A stretch of 49,759 nt of DNA, taken from IMG/VR virus record IMGVR_UViG_3300020161_000762, positions 1-49,759 of that record; one strand, 5' to 3'. Of the stretch, positions 28,538 through 37,322 are shown in pieces. Below the pieces are notes generated by a model that had not been told where the DNA came from, did no database searches, and saw only the letters and a program-made list of their open reading frames with translations. Both the position numbers and the translations under genes were made by a program. Position 1 is the first letter of the stretch. Each line of letters opens with the position of its first letter. The DNA is from a virus (Duplodnaviria; Caudoviricetes).

Positions 28538-28648
28538 ATTTATTTGAGAATCAGTACCTTGTACAAAATGGGGGCGCCGGAGAGTTCTTGCTGTGGATGC
28601 TACTGGTGATCGTGTTCGCGATTTGGATTGGAATGAGGGAGGACAAGA

Positions 28649-28912
28649 ATGGCAGAGGCAGGTAAGGGATCGCGGCACCGCCCGATCGAAGATCGTGACA
28701 ATTTTGAAAAGAACTGGGACCGCATATTCGGCGGTGTCAGTTCGCCGTGCGTTGACGTGTGCGACATGGACTACGCCGCAAACGTGTGCCACGGGTGCCA
28801 CCGCACCCTGGACGAGATAGCGGCGTGGGGCTACGCGAACGACGACGAGCGGCAGCGCATCCTCAACAACGTAGAGGAGCGAAAGAAGCATGCCCAAAGT
28901 AACAACGCTTAG
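28649..28912 (+). CDS. DUF1289-like Cys-rich protein
   Basis: SPCVDVC...CHGCHRTLDEIAAW. Confidence 0.75.
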   Translation: MAEAGKGSRHRPIEDRDNFEKNWDRIFGGVSSPCVDVCDMDYAANVCHGCHRTLDEIAAWGYANDDERQRILNNVEERKKHAQSNNA

Positions 28913-29090
28913 CCTGGCAGAACTATTAAGAGCGCAGACTCAAAATGAGGCCGACCTAGCATTCGCAAAGGTCGTAGAGCTTATGGAGAAGCACGGCGTG
29001 TGCTACTGCCGTTTTACGATAGAGGACGGGGTTCAAATCATCGACCCCCGTTACAATCAACGCATTGTAGGAGTCATATCAGATGCCTAA
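28890..29090 (+). CDS. Hypothetical protein
   Basis: 66 aa in the operon. Confidence 0.5.
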   Translation: MPKVTTLSLAELLRAQTQNEADLAFAKVVELMEKHGVCYCRFTIEDGVQIIDPRYNQRIVGVISDA

Positions 29091-29709
29091 GAACTGGGGC
29101 TATTACCACGTAGACTGTGGGCACTTTCCGTCACAAATAAAGCTGTGTTTTTCTAACGAGACATTCCAACGAGTGCTCAAGGACCACGGCATCACCGAGA
29201 AGGCCACCGCGCTAGACGAGGGCATCGCGGAGACGCACTACCTGACCGACGGCAAGCACGCGGTGATCATCATGGCGTTCGACCTGAAGGAGTGCGTGGA
29301 GGAGGATCCTGCGTTCTTGGCGGGCGTGATCGCGCATGAGGCAACGCATTGCGTGTGCAGGATATTCGAGCACATCGGCGAGTCACCGGAAGAGATCGGT
29401 GAAGAGTCGCGCGCGTATTTGACCGAGCACATTGTCAAGCAGATCACCACCGGGATCAACATGGAGATCCAGAAGAATGTTAGAAAAGAGCATCGAGCAG
29501 CATCTAAGCAAAAAGGTAAAGGAGCTGGGGGGTCTCAGCCTAAAGTGGATCAGCACGATAACGGGGGTCCCGGATCGGATAGTGTTTCTGAAAAATCAAA
29601 TACACCTGGTCGAGCTAAAAACAAGAACAGGGTCGCTATCAAAAAGACAGCTGTTAGTGTTCGCTCAATTAGCCGACTTAGGGCATCCGGTAACCGTATT
29701 AAGGTCTAA
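29083..29709 (+). CDS. HExxH (HEATH...EE) zincin-like protein with a basic tail
   Basis: IAHEATHC...GEESRAYL; the C-terminal part overlaps the VRR-NUC gene. Confidence 0.6.
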   Translation: MPKNWGYYHVDCGHFPSQIKLCFSNETFQRVLKDHGITEKATALDEGIAETHYLTDGKHAVIIMAFDLKECVEEDPAFLAGVIAHEATHCVCRIFEHIGESPEEIGEESRAYLTEHIVKQITTGINMEIQKNVRKEHRAASKQKGKGAGGSQPKVDQHDNGGPGSDSVSEKSNTPGRAKNKNRVAIKKTAVSVRSISRLRASGNRIKV

Positions 29710-29740
29710 GGAAGACGTCGATGAGTTTCTACAAAAATAA
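29477..29740 (+). CDS. VRR-NUC nuclease (resolvase-like)
   Basis: MLEKSIEQHL...GVPDRIV...VELKT..G.LS..Q. Confidence 0.85.
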   Translation: MLEKSIEQHLSKKVKELGGLSLKWISTITGVPDRIVFLKNQIHLVELKTRTGSLSKRQLLVFAQLADLGHPVTVLRSKEDVDEFLQK

Positions 29741-30257
29741 TGTTAAGTACAGAGGAACGCAACGCGGCCACATCGGCAGAGCCCTTGGCAAAGCCAGGGA
29801 AAGGTCCAAAGAAAAAAACTTGCCTATTGATATCGACCTAGACTACTTGTGTTCAATTGCCACCGATCGCTGCCCGGCGTTTGGCACCGTCTTTGATTGG
29901 GGTCAAAAGGGAGACAAAAAAGCAAGCCCAGATGGCCCCTCGTTGGACCGCATTATTCCAGATCTTGGCTATGTTAGAGGCAACGTCGTGTTCATATCTA
30001 ACCAGGCGAATAAAATAAAACAAGACGTAACCGAAAAAGAACTGTACGCCGTAGCCGATTGGCTACACGACAAACGAAAGGAAGTGCTAAATGCTTTCAA
30101 GGACAAACCTGCACCAGTACCAAAACCGCTTGATAAACCTGGCAGGAAGGATCCCGCACATGGGTCTGTTCATGGAGCCGGGGTTGGGAAAGACTGTGAC
30201 GGCGCTCAGCATCATCAAGGAGAATTCTTCGGGGCGGACACTGGTCATTGCGCCTAA
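29721..30257 (+). CDS. HNH-like (beta-beta-alpha-Me) endonuclease
   Basis: RCP...PSLDRIIPDLGYVRGNVVFISNQANKIK. Confidence 0.7.
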   Translation: MSFYKNNVKYRGTQRGHIGRALGKARERSKEKNLPIDIDLDYLCSIATDRCPAFGTVFDWGQKGDKKASPDGPSLDRIIPDLGYVRGNVVFISNQANKIKQDVTEKELYAVADWLHDKRKEVLNAFKDKPAPVPKPLDKPGRKDPAHGSVHGAGVGKDCDGAQHHQGEFFGADTGHCA

Positions 30258-31431
30258 GCGCGTGGCCGAGTCGGTGTGGGCCCAAGAGTGCCAAAAGTGG
30301 GAGCACCTAAAAGATATGCGCGTGATTAAGATCATGGGATCGCAACGCGAGAGACTAACCGCTCTGCACCAGTTTAATTGTGACGTGTTCATCATCAACG
30401 TCGAGAACGTTCCATGGCTCGTTGACAACTGGATCTCTGGACTATTTGAGAACCTGATCGTGGACGAGAGCTCGCGGTTCAAGGACCCGAGCACGAAGCG
30501 GTTCAAGGCGATCAAGAAGGTGCTCAACGAGTTCAAGCGCAGGCTGATACTAACGGGCACGCCAACGCCGCAGGGCATGGGAGATCTGTGGTCCCAGGTT
30601 GGCATTTTAGATCGCGGCGAGCGGCTAGGGAAAACCCTTACCGCGTTCCGCGACACGTACATGTTCGCCGCCGAGCGGAACAGGCACACGAACGTTGTGT
30701 ATAAGTGGGCTGTAAGGCCGGGCATGGATTGTCAGATCCGAGACCGCGTTTCTGACATCTGCTTCAGCCTGCGCGCCGAGGATTACTTGACCCTGCCGCC
30801 CCTGACTAACTTGTACCATACATGTACGATATCGTCGGAGGTCATGGCTAAGTACAAGCAGCTGCGCAAGGAGCTGGTGACGGAGATCGACGGCAAGGAG
30901 GTCACCGCGGTGACAGCCGCGGCGCTCGCCAACAAGCTCTTGCAGTTCACGAGCGGCACGCTCTACACCGAGGAGGGTGAGGCGCAGAGCTCGGAGGAGA
31001 AGATCGAGTTCTTGGAGTCGCTGATCGAGGAGAACCCGCACCCGACGCTGGTCTTCTACCACTACAAGACCGCGCTCAAGAAGCTCAAGGAGCGCTTCCC
31101 TGAGGCGCAGGAGCTCTCGGACGACAACCTGGACATGTGGAGAGCGGGCAAGATCAAGATCATGCTGGCGCACCCACAGTCGGGCGGCATCGGCCTGAAC
31201 CTACAGTGCAACGAGGGTCAGATCGCGCAGGTGGCCTGGTACGACCTGCCCTGGAGCTCAGAGAACTACATCCAGGCCAACGCCAGGGTGTACCGGCAGG
31301 GTCAGGAGAAGCCCGTGATCATTCACCACATACTGCTGGGTGGCACGATCGACGAGCAGGTGGTGAAGGTGCTCGAGGGTAAGATCAGCGCGCAGGAGGC
31401 GCTCATGAACGACTTGAAGATGGAGGGGTGA
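30091..31431 (+). CDS. SNF2-family helicase
   Basis: EPGLGKT, IVDESS, LTGTP, GLNLQ, QANARVYRQGQ. Confidence 0.9.
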   Translation: MLSRTNLHQYQNRLINLAGRIPHMGLFMEPGLGKTVTALSIIKENSSGRTLVIAPKRVAESVWAQECQKWEHLKDMRVIKIMGSQRERLTALHQFNCDVFIINVENVPWLVDNWISGLFENLIVDESSRFKDPSTKRFKAIKKVLNEFKRRLILTGTPTPQGMGDLWSQVGILDRGERLGKTLTAFRDTYMFAAERNRHTNVVYKWAVRPGMDCQIRDRVSDICFSLRAEDYLTLPPLTNLYHTCTISSEVMAKYKQLRKELVTEIDGKEVTAVTAAALANKLLQFTSGTLYTEEGEAQSSEEKIEFLESLIEENPHPTLVFYHYKTALKKLKERFPEAQELSDDNLDMWRAGKIKIMLAHPQSGGIGLNLQCNEGQIAQVAWYDLPWSSENYIQANARVYRQGQEKPVIIHHILLGGTIDEQVVKVLEGKISAQEALMNDLKMEG

Positions 31432-31712
31432 TGGACAGGGTACAACTATTTAATGAGATTGTGCGAGCGTCCCGAGCGATCGGGGTGCCCAGCACGGACG
31501 CGACCAGCCTGGACCAGAAGCTCTCGGAGGTAAACCTTGACAGCCTTGACACGTTGTTAGTAAGCATTTACTATTGTGATGTGTACGGGATTTCCGAAGA
31601 GCAGGCCAAGAAGTTGCAACCAAAGACGCTCGGGGAGATCTATGAGTTTATCGATCAGAACAAGACAAGAGAGCCTAAGACCATGGAGGAGGCGCTGAAG
31701 AAGATACGATGA
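31428..31712 (+). CDS. Acyl carrier protein
   Basis: NLDSLD phosphopantetheine attachment motif, helical pattern ending TLGEIYEFI; adjacent to a ketosynthase. Confidence 0.75.
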   Translation: MMDRVQLFNEIVRASRAIGVPSTDATSLDQKLSEVNLDSLDTLLVSIYYCDVYGISEEQAKKLQPKTLGEIYEFIDQNKTREPKTMEEALKKIR

Positions 31713-32836
31713 GGATATACCTGACAAAGTACAGCACGCTCAGCACCGAGGCGCTTCACCTGGTGGAGGACCACGCGTACCCCCAGCGAGCGCACTTCTT
31801 CCCGGAGCTGTTCAAGGCCACAAAGTCTGGGCTGTTCTGCACCCCGCAGCGCGCCATAGAGCGCGTGGTCACCCCGGAGATGGTGAGCTACATCCGCGGC
31901 AACCCGGTGCCCGGCAAGACCGGGTTCATACTAGCCGGTGGCTCACAGTCTTGGAACTCCGGCGGCGTGCCCGTGGACGAGCGGTACTTTGACAACTCCC
32001 TGGCGTACGCGTACAAGATGGAGATCCTCACCGTCACGAACATCTTCGGGTCTCGCATCGCCTCGCAGATCGGCGCCACGGATTACACCGCGACAGACGC
32101 GAGCACGTGCGCGTCTAGCCTGAAGGTATTGATGGACGTGCGCCACCTGATCAACCTGTACGGCTTCGACCGGGTGGTGGTGCTAGGCTTTGAGGACACC
32201 ATAAAGAACCAGCTCCTCACGTTTTTTGGGTCGTCCATGACCACGCTAACCAAGAAGGACGACGACCTCGGAGCGAAGCCGTCCTCATTCGACAAAGTCA
32301 ACCGTGGCTTTTACCTGGGCCAGGGTGCGGTGCTCGCCGTGTTCGAGTCGGACAGGGCTCTCAAGGACAGCCCCAACGCAGAGCTCCTGGGGGCCTACAC
32401 GGCCTCGGAGCACAACGCCAACCCCATAGGCCAGCTCGAGGACGGGCAGGGCTACACGAGGGCCATACTGGGCGCTCTGGGGGATCGCAGCCCGTCGGAG
32501 GTGGCGCTGATCAAGACGCACGGCACCGGCACCGGCATGAACAACAAGTCGGAGCGAGCCGCGATCGAGGGTCTCTTCGATGAGTTCATCGCGACATCGT
32601 ACAAGCCACGCATCGGGCACACCATGGGCGCGAGCGGGTTGTTGGAGACCTGTCTGCTACTGGACAGCATAAAAAAGGGAGAAATACCAGAAATAAAGAA
32701 CAGAACAGAGCGAGACACACGATTCATATCAGAGCCCCAACCCGTTCCGAGGGGGCTCATGCTCTCGCTCGCGGCCGGCATGGGGAATGTTTTTTCGGCT
32801 GCACTATTTAATTATCATGATTATCACAAAATATAA
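31709..32836 (+). CDS. Beta-ketoacyl-ACP synthase (FabB/FabF-like)
   Basis: TCASSL (Cys), THGTGT (His), K..IGHTMGASG (His), GF.LGQGA, GMGN. Confidence 0.9.
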   Translation: MRIYLTKYSTLSTEALHLVEDHAYPQRAHFFPELFKATKSGLFCTPQRAIERVVTPEMVSYIRGNPVPGKTGFILAGGSQSWNSGGVPVDERYFDNSLAYAYKMEILTVTNIFGSRIASQIGATDYTATDASTCASSLKVLMDVRHLINLYGFDRVVVLGFEDTIKNQLLTFFGSSMTTLTKKDDDLGAKPSSFDKVNRGFYLGQGAVLAVFESDRALKDSPNAELLGAYTASEHNANPIGQLEDGQGYTRAILGALGDRSPSEVALIKTHGTGTGMNNKSERAAIEGLFDEFIATSYKPRIGHTMGASGLLETCLLLDSIKKGEIPEIKNRTERDTRFISEPQPVPRGLMLSLAAGMGNVFSAALFNYHDYHKI

Positions 32837-33125
32837 AATAAATTGCGCCGCTCCACGGTTGTCAGACGAGGAGCCGGACTTGATGGAGCAGGAGGATGTG
32901 GAGGGGATAACGTCGACGAGCTCAGAGGGGTGGGTGCCGTGGACGCACGACGACTTGATCGACATTCGCAAGATCATGGAGAGCAAGATGCCGGTGAAGC
33001 AGCGAGAGGTTGTGGAGGCGTTCCTGATGGGGAACACCGCCTCGGACCTTGACGTCACCGAGAAGTACTGGAGGTATCATTTGAAACGAGCGCTTGAGCT
33101 CATACGCAAGGAGATGGGAATATGA
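32817..33125 (+). CDS. Sigma region-4-like HTH protein
   Basis: KMPVKQREVVEAFLMG.TASDLDVT...RYHLKRALELIRKEM resembles sigma4/LuxR-type C-termini. Confidence 0.5.
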   Translation: MIITKYKINCAAPRLSDEEPDLMEQEDVEGITSTSSEGWVPWTHDDLIDIRKIMESKMPVKQREVVEAFLMGNTASDLDVTEKYWRYHLKRALELIRKEMGI

Positions 33126-33361
33126 AGCACTACAAAGAGCTGTCAGAGATTGAGAACATCAGCATAGACCTGGAGGTATTCGCGAGCGCCGTGCGCGTGA
33201 TGGCGTTCGGTGCGACAGAGGCTTGCAAGCGAGACGTGGACAACATGATGCACCACATCTCCTCCGAGCTAGACAAAATAAACGCAAAGCTCGGGCATTC
33301 CTTTAATGAACTGTGGGATTCCGTACGCAAGGAGACTTTTGATGACACAAAAGAAGACTAG
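33122..33361 (+). CDS. Hypothetical protein
   Basis: 79 aa, ATGA overlap. Confidence 0.55.
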   Translation: MKHYKELSEIENISIDLEVFASAVRVMAFGATEACKRDVDNMMHHISSELDKINAKLGHSFNELWDSVRKETFDDTKED

Positions 33362-33566
33362 GTTTGATCTTGAGGACGCGATCATGCGCCTGTGGAGCTC
33401 TGACCAAGACGTGGACACGCTGTTCAAGTACTACTACGACCGCCAGGGGGAGGTTGACGTAGAGGAGGTGGCGAACGCTCTGCTGGGCATAAAGCAACTG
33501 ATCCACATGCGCGGGATGCTAGCGTTTGAGTTATTTGAGAAACTGTTAAAAGAAGAGAAATTATGA
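33342..33566 (+). CDS. Hypothetical protein
   Basis: Start MTQKKTRFDLE after AAGGAG. Confidence 0.55.
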   Translation: MTQKKTRFDLEDAIMRLWSSDQDVDTLFKYYYDRQGEVDVEEVANALLGIKQLIHMRGMLAFELFEKLLKEEKL

Positions 33567-33796
33567 ACCGTGAGATGAGACGACTGCTGGCGAAGCAGAT
33601 GAAGCCCATGAAGGACCCAATCAAAGAGGCACAGCGCGTAGAACGAGCCTCGGCCATGACCAAGGTCCTGATCAACCAGGCCCTGGGCACGGTCAAGGCG
33701 GCCAATCCACCGCCAGACACCAGCAAGAAATCCAGGAAGAAACACCCCAAGGGTAGCAGGGCGAGAATGGGTGGTTGTTTGCATAAGTGGAAGTAG
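33563..33796 (+). CDS. Basic hypothetical protein
   Basis: 77 aa, ATGA overlap. Confidence 0.5.
   Translation: MNREMRRLLAKQMKPMKDPIKEAQRVERASAMTKVLINQALGTVKAANPPPDTSKKSRKKHPKGSRARMGGCLHKWK
33778..33791 (+). promoter_or_regulatory. Putative phage promoter motif TTTGCATAAGTGGA
   Basis: Consensus match upstream of the TerS mini-operon. Confidence 0.45.
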
Positions 33797-33850
33797 GGCA
33801 CGTCGGGAGACGCCCCTTACCCACCACATTCTGTAATTGAGAGGAAGACC

Positions 33851-34051
33851 ATGGAAGGCTTCAAGAGACTACCTAAGATGGCCGGAGGCGGTCAACCACC
33901 CAAGCCAGAGGGCACCGTCATGCCGGCGCCGGTGCGCCCGTTTAACCCCATGTCGCCACCCAAGAAAGAGGGCGTGCGCGGATCGGGCAAGACCCTGGCA
34001 GAGCTCATGGGCATGGACAAAAAGAAGCGCGGCGGAAAGGTGTGCAAATAA
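33851..34051 (+). CDS. Small basic protein with MAGGG / KRGGKV motifs
   Basis: 66 aa, GAGG RBS. Confidence 0.6.
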   Translation: MEGFKRLPKMAGGGQPPKPEGTVMPAPVRPFNPMSPPKKEGVRGSGKTLAELMGMDKKKRGGKVCK

Positions 34052-34206
34052 TGGCTACAGCATCCAAACCCGGCTTGTACGCCAACATCGCCGCGAAGCG
34101 TGAGCGGATCTCTAAGGGCTCAGGCGAGAAGATGCGCCAGCCCGGGCAAAAGGGCGCGCCCACCGCCAAGGCGTTTAAAGAGTCAGCGAAGACAGCTAAA
34201 AAGTAA
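34051..34206 (+). CDS. Small basic protein (GLYANIAAKR...GAPT)
   Basis: 51 aa, TAATG overlaps at both ends; below the ORF-track cutoff. Confidence 0.6.
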   Translation: MATASKPGLYANIAAKRERISKGSGEKMRQPGQKGAPTAKAFKESAKTAKK

Positions 34207-34595
34207 TGGCAAAACAAAAGTTTGTGTTCAAGCCCGAGATGTGCGAGACGCTCATCGAGATGGGCAAGCTGGGCGCGTCACAGAAGATGATGTGGTCCGA
34301 GCTCGGCATCAGCAAGGACGTGGCCGAGAACTGGAAGAAGAAGTACCCGGAGTTTGCGGACGCGCTCGGAGTGGCCCTGGTGCACTCCCAGGCGTTCTGG
34401 GAGCGTGAGCTGCTAGCCAACGTCGGCAACAAGGCGTTCAACTCCAGGATTGCGGAGATCGCGCTGCGCGGTCAGTTCCCTACAGACTACAAGGAAACTA
34501 GAGACCAGAAGCTAGAGGTCAAGGCGGATGTGGTGGTGGACTTCACCGGCGCGGTTAACGACCTGATCTCTCAGTTAAAAACAGCAAAACAATAA
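34206..34595 (+). CDS. Probable terminase small subunit
   Basis: N-terminal HTH (LGISKDVAENWKKKYPEFADAL) followed by oligomerisation-type helices. Confidence 0.6.
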   Translation: MAKQKFVFKPEMCETLIEMGKLGASQKMMWSELGISKDVAENWKKKYPEFADALGVALVHSQAFWERELLANVGNKAFNSRIAEIALRGQFPTDYKETRDQKLEVKADVVVDFTGAVNDLISQLKTAKQ

Positions 34596-34618
34596 CCAAC
34601 TAAATTAGTCAACTACTG

Positions 34619-34649
34619 AACGGGACAGCCCAAAAAGCTGTCCCGTTTT
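34619..34649 (+). terminator. Rho-independent terminator
   Basis: AACGGGACAGC-ccaaaaa-GCTGTCCCGTT followed by TT. Confidence 0.7.
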
Positions 34650-34660
34650 GTATTAGTAGT
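34647..34660 (+). promoter_or_regulatory. Putative phage promoter motif TTTGTATTAGTAGT
   Basis: Consensus match directly after the terminator, upstream of DUF2800. Confidence 0.5.
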
Positions 34661-34693
34661 AGTACAACTTAACCGCTAAACAGGAAAACCGTC

Positions 34694-35827
34694 ATGACCG
34701 CTCACGCCGTTCTATCAGCCTCCGCATCAAAACGTTGGCTAACCTGCACCCCCTCGGCCCGTCTCGAGGCCACACTCCCAGAAGTAAAACGATCCGCTGG
34801 CAGCTTTGATTACAGCCAGGAGGGCACCATGGCGCACACACTGGCCGAGGTGAAGCTTCGCCACCACTACGGCCAGATTGGGTTTGAGGAGTTCAAGAGA
34901 GAATCCGAAATCATCAAAGCAACACCCTACTACAATGAGGAGTTTGAAGAGTATGTCGATAACTATGTGCTATTTGTACGCAGTCAAATTGGTGAGGGGG
35001 ATACTCCGCTATTTGAGCAACGCGTGGATTATTCTGACTGGGCTCCTGACGGATTTGGTACTGCTGATGTCGTGGTACTGTCGAAGCACAAGGTTAGAGT
35101 CATCGACCTCAAGTTCGGCAAAGGCATCCCCGTCGAAGCCAAGGACAACTCGCAGCTCAGGCTCTACGCGCTCGGAGCCTGGAGCAAGTTCAAAGAAGAC
35201 TACCCGGACATCAAAGAAGCCGAGTACACCATCGTCCAGCCCCGCCTCGACAGCATCACAAGCGACGGCACCTCGATCGCGAAGCTCGTCGACTGGGCGA
35301 ACTACTTCGTCAAGCCAAAAGCCAAAAAGGCCTGGGCGGGCTCGGGCGAGTTCGTAGCCGGGGATCACTGCCAGTTCTGCCGCGCGAAGGCCACGTGCCG
35401 CGCACGATCGGATTTTGTGAACGAGGTCGCCGCGCTAGAGTTTAGAGAGCCGGCGCTGTTGAGCGATGACGAGATAGAGCTGGCGTTCTCCAGAGCCTCT
35501 GACCTGAAAAAGTACGTCAGCGATTTGGAGTCATACTTCACCGACCGCGCGATAGAGAAGGGCGTGTCCCCCAAGGGGTACAAGCTCGTCACCACCAAGA
35601 CTCACCGGCGCATAACCGACGAGCCCCTGGCCGCGACGATACTGCTTGACAAGGGATTCAAAACGGAGGAGATTATGGAACCGGCCTCGTTAAAGTCGAT
35701 CGCGAAGCTGGAGAAGCTCGGGAAGAAGGGTTACGTGTCGGACCTGTTGTCGGTGCTGGTGGTAAAGCCGGAGGGGTCCCCCAAGCTTGTCAAGGACGAG
35801 AACGACGCCGCGGAGGATTTCAAGTGA
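34694..35827 (+). CDS. DUF2800 Cas4-like PD-(D/E)XK exonuclease
   Basis: HAVLSASASKRWLTC, GFGTAD, IDLKFG, QLRLYALG, HCQFCRAKATC. Confidence 0.85.
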   Translation: MTAHAVLSASASKRWLTCTPSARLEATLPEVKRSAGSFDYSQEGTMAHTLAEVKLRHHYGQIGFEEFKRESEIIKATPYYNEEFEEYVDNYVLFVRSQIGEGDTPLFEQRVDYSDWAPDGFGTADVVVLSKHKVRVIDLKFGKGIPVEAKDNSQLRLYALGAWSKFKEDYPDIKEAEYTIVQPRLDSITSDGTSIAKLVDWANYFVKPKAKKAWAGSGEFVAGDHCQFCRAKATCRARSDFVNEVAALEFREPALLSDDEIELAFSRASDLKKYVSDLESYFTDRAIEKGVSPKGYKLVTTKTHRRITDEPLAATILLDKGFKTEEIMEPASLKSIAKLEKLGKKGYVSDLLSVLVVKPEGSPKLVKDENDAAEDFK

Positions 35828-36099
35828 GCAGACGACAACAGATAGCGGACAACTACGTGGGCGGGGATGAGTTCCTGTTCATGGACCCGGAGTACTTCGA
35901 CGAGGCCATCATAGGTGTCGCGTCCAACTCGGTTGGCATGTCGGCCGTCGCGTACAGCGAGCCCAAGGTTATTGAGCTACTAATCAAGCACGACAAGATG
36001 ACCCCAGACGAGGCCATGGAGTACTACCAGTTCAACATCCTGGGTGCTTACTTGGGAGAGAACACCCCGGTGTTCATTGATGACGTGGTGCTAGAATGA
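35824..36099 (+). CDS. Phage hypothetical protein
   Basis: 91 aa, FNILGAYLGENTPVF, GTGA overlap. Confidence 0.6.
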   Translation: MSRRQQIADNYVGGDEFLFMDPEYFDEAIIGVASNSVGMSAVAYSEPKVIELLIKHDKMTPDEAMEYYQFNILGAYLGENTPVFIDDVVLE

Positions 36100-36263
36100 G
36101 CCCGCATGTTTTCTTGAGCCTGGTAGGTTTGATGTACATACTGACCACGATCTCGTACTTCAAGGTTCGCCGTATCGGAATGATGATCGCGTTCGTGGGG
36201 TACACAATCGGGCAGATTGGACTTATAATTGATTCCTTTGAAGTCGGAGATAAATCAGAGTAG
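36096..36263 (+). CDS. Small membrane protein
   Basis: 55 aa, two hydrophobic segments, ATGA overlap. Confidence 0.45.
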   Translation: MSPHVFLSLVGLMYILTTISYFKVRRIGMMIAFVGYTIGQIGLIIDSFEVGDKSE

Positions 36264-36326
36264 AATTGCAGTACCGGTATGGACCCGCCGGATTCCAGGG
36301 TCATTACGTTAAACAAGGAGCCTAGT

Positions 36327-36842
36327 ATGGCAAAGTCAGTAAAAATAGTAATCGGACCAGTTCGTTTTTCCTACGAGTCGGTCTTCGAACCTCGAGCGAT
36401 GCAAGAGGGAGCAACCCCCAAGTACTCAATTTCTTTGTTGATACCTAAGACGGACAAAGAAACCGTTGACAAAGTCAAAAACTCTGTTGAGCAATCAAAG
36501 GAAGAAAACAAAGAGATCTGGGGTGGTAAGATCCCAGCAGTGCTCAAGGGTGGTCTTCGTGACGGTGACGCTGAGAAGCCAGACGATCCTGCGTACAAGG
36601 GCATGTACTTTATCAACGCGAACAGCCAGCAAAAGCCAGGCGTTGTTGACGCCGACCTGAATCCCATCCTGGACCGTTCGGAGTTTTACTCCGGCTGCTA
36701 CGGACGCGCGTCGATCAGCTTCTTCGCGTACAACACCAGTGGCTCCAAGGGGATCGGCTGTGGTTTGAACAACGTGCAAAAGCTCAAAGATGGCGATAAA
36801 CTTGGTGGTTCATCAACCGCCGCCGAAGACTTTGCAAATTAA
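36327..36842 (+). CDS. DUF2815 ssDNA-binding protein (T7 gp2.5-like)
   Basis: VRFSY, KYS, LRDGD, YSGCY, GLNNVQ, acidic/Phe C-terminus. Confidence 0.85.
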   Translation: MAKSVKIVIGPVRFSYESVFEPRAMQEGATPKYSISLLIPKTDKETVDKVKNSVEQSKEENKEIWGGKIPAVLKGGLRDGDAEKPDDPAYKGMYFINANSQQKPGVVDADLNPILDRSEFYSGCYGRASISFFAYNTSGSKGIGCGLNNVQKLKDGDKLGGSSTAAEDFAN

Positions 36843-36886
36843 AGGCTTCGTTAACACAGCAACAGTAAATTAAATAGGAGTTTAAT

Positions 36887-37246
36887 ATGTCAAAAGCAGT
36901 TAGCTTAGACTTTTCAAAGTTCTTTCCGACCGACCAGTCGTTTGTCGCCGTGAAAGCCCGCGCGTCACAGGGCGATGATTTTTATATCAACCTGGCGTTT
37001 GGTGACGGTGAGAACAAGGTCACCTACTACGCGAGCGAGCACAACGCCAAAGAGACACTCAAGCAGATGCAGTTCATGCTCGAGGGTTTGGAGAAGAGCA
37101 TGGAGTTCTTGCAGAAGGCGATCACGCTGCCCGTGTCGCCGGAAGAGATCAACCCAGTGTTCAAGTGGTTTGATAACGCCCAGGGCGCAGTAGCCAAGGC
37201 CCCGGCGAAGAAAGCCGCCAAGAAAAAGAAAAGCGTTGTAAAGTAG
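36887..37246 (+). CDS. Hypothetical protein with Lys/Ala-rich tail
   Basis: 119 aa ending KAPAKKAAKKKK. Confidence 0.6.
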   Translation: MSKAVSLDFSKFFPTDQSFVAVKARASQGDDFYINLAFGDGENKVTYYASEHNAKETLKQMQFMLEGLEKSMEFLQKAITLPVSPEEINPVFKWFDNAQGAVAKAPAKKAAKKKKSVVK

Positions 37247-37322
37247 TACCCTGTAGTTGTTGTGCACTAGCCGCCGGCAGAACACCGCCGGCGGTTTCCC
37301 CTAACACACCAAGAAAAGAACC

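Noticed and set aside
34694-35827. Cas4 as part of a CRISPR system
   Set aside because: Sits in the usual DUF2800-DUF2815-PolA phage replication module.
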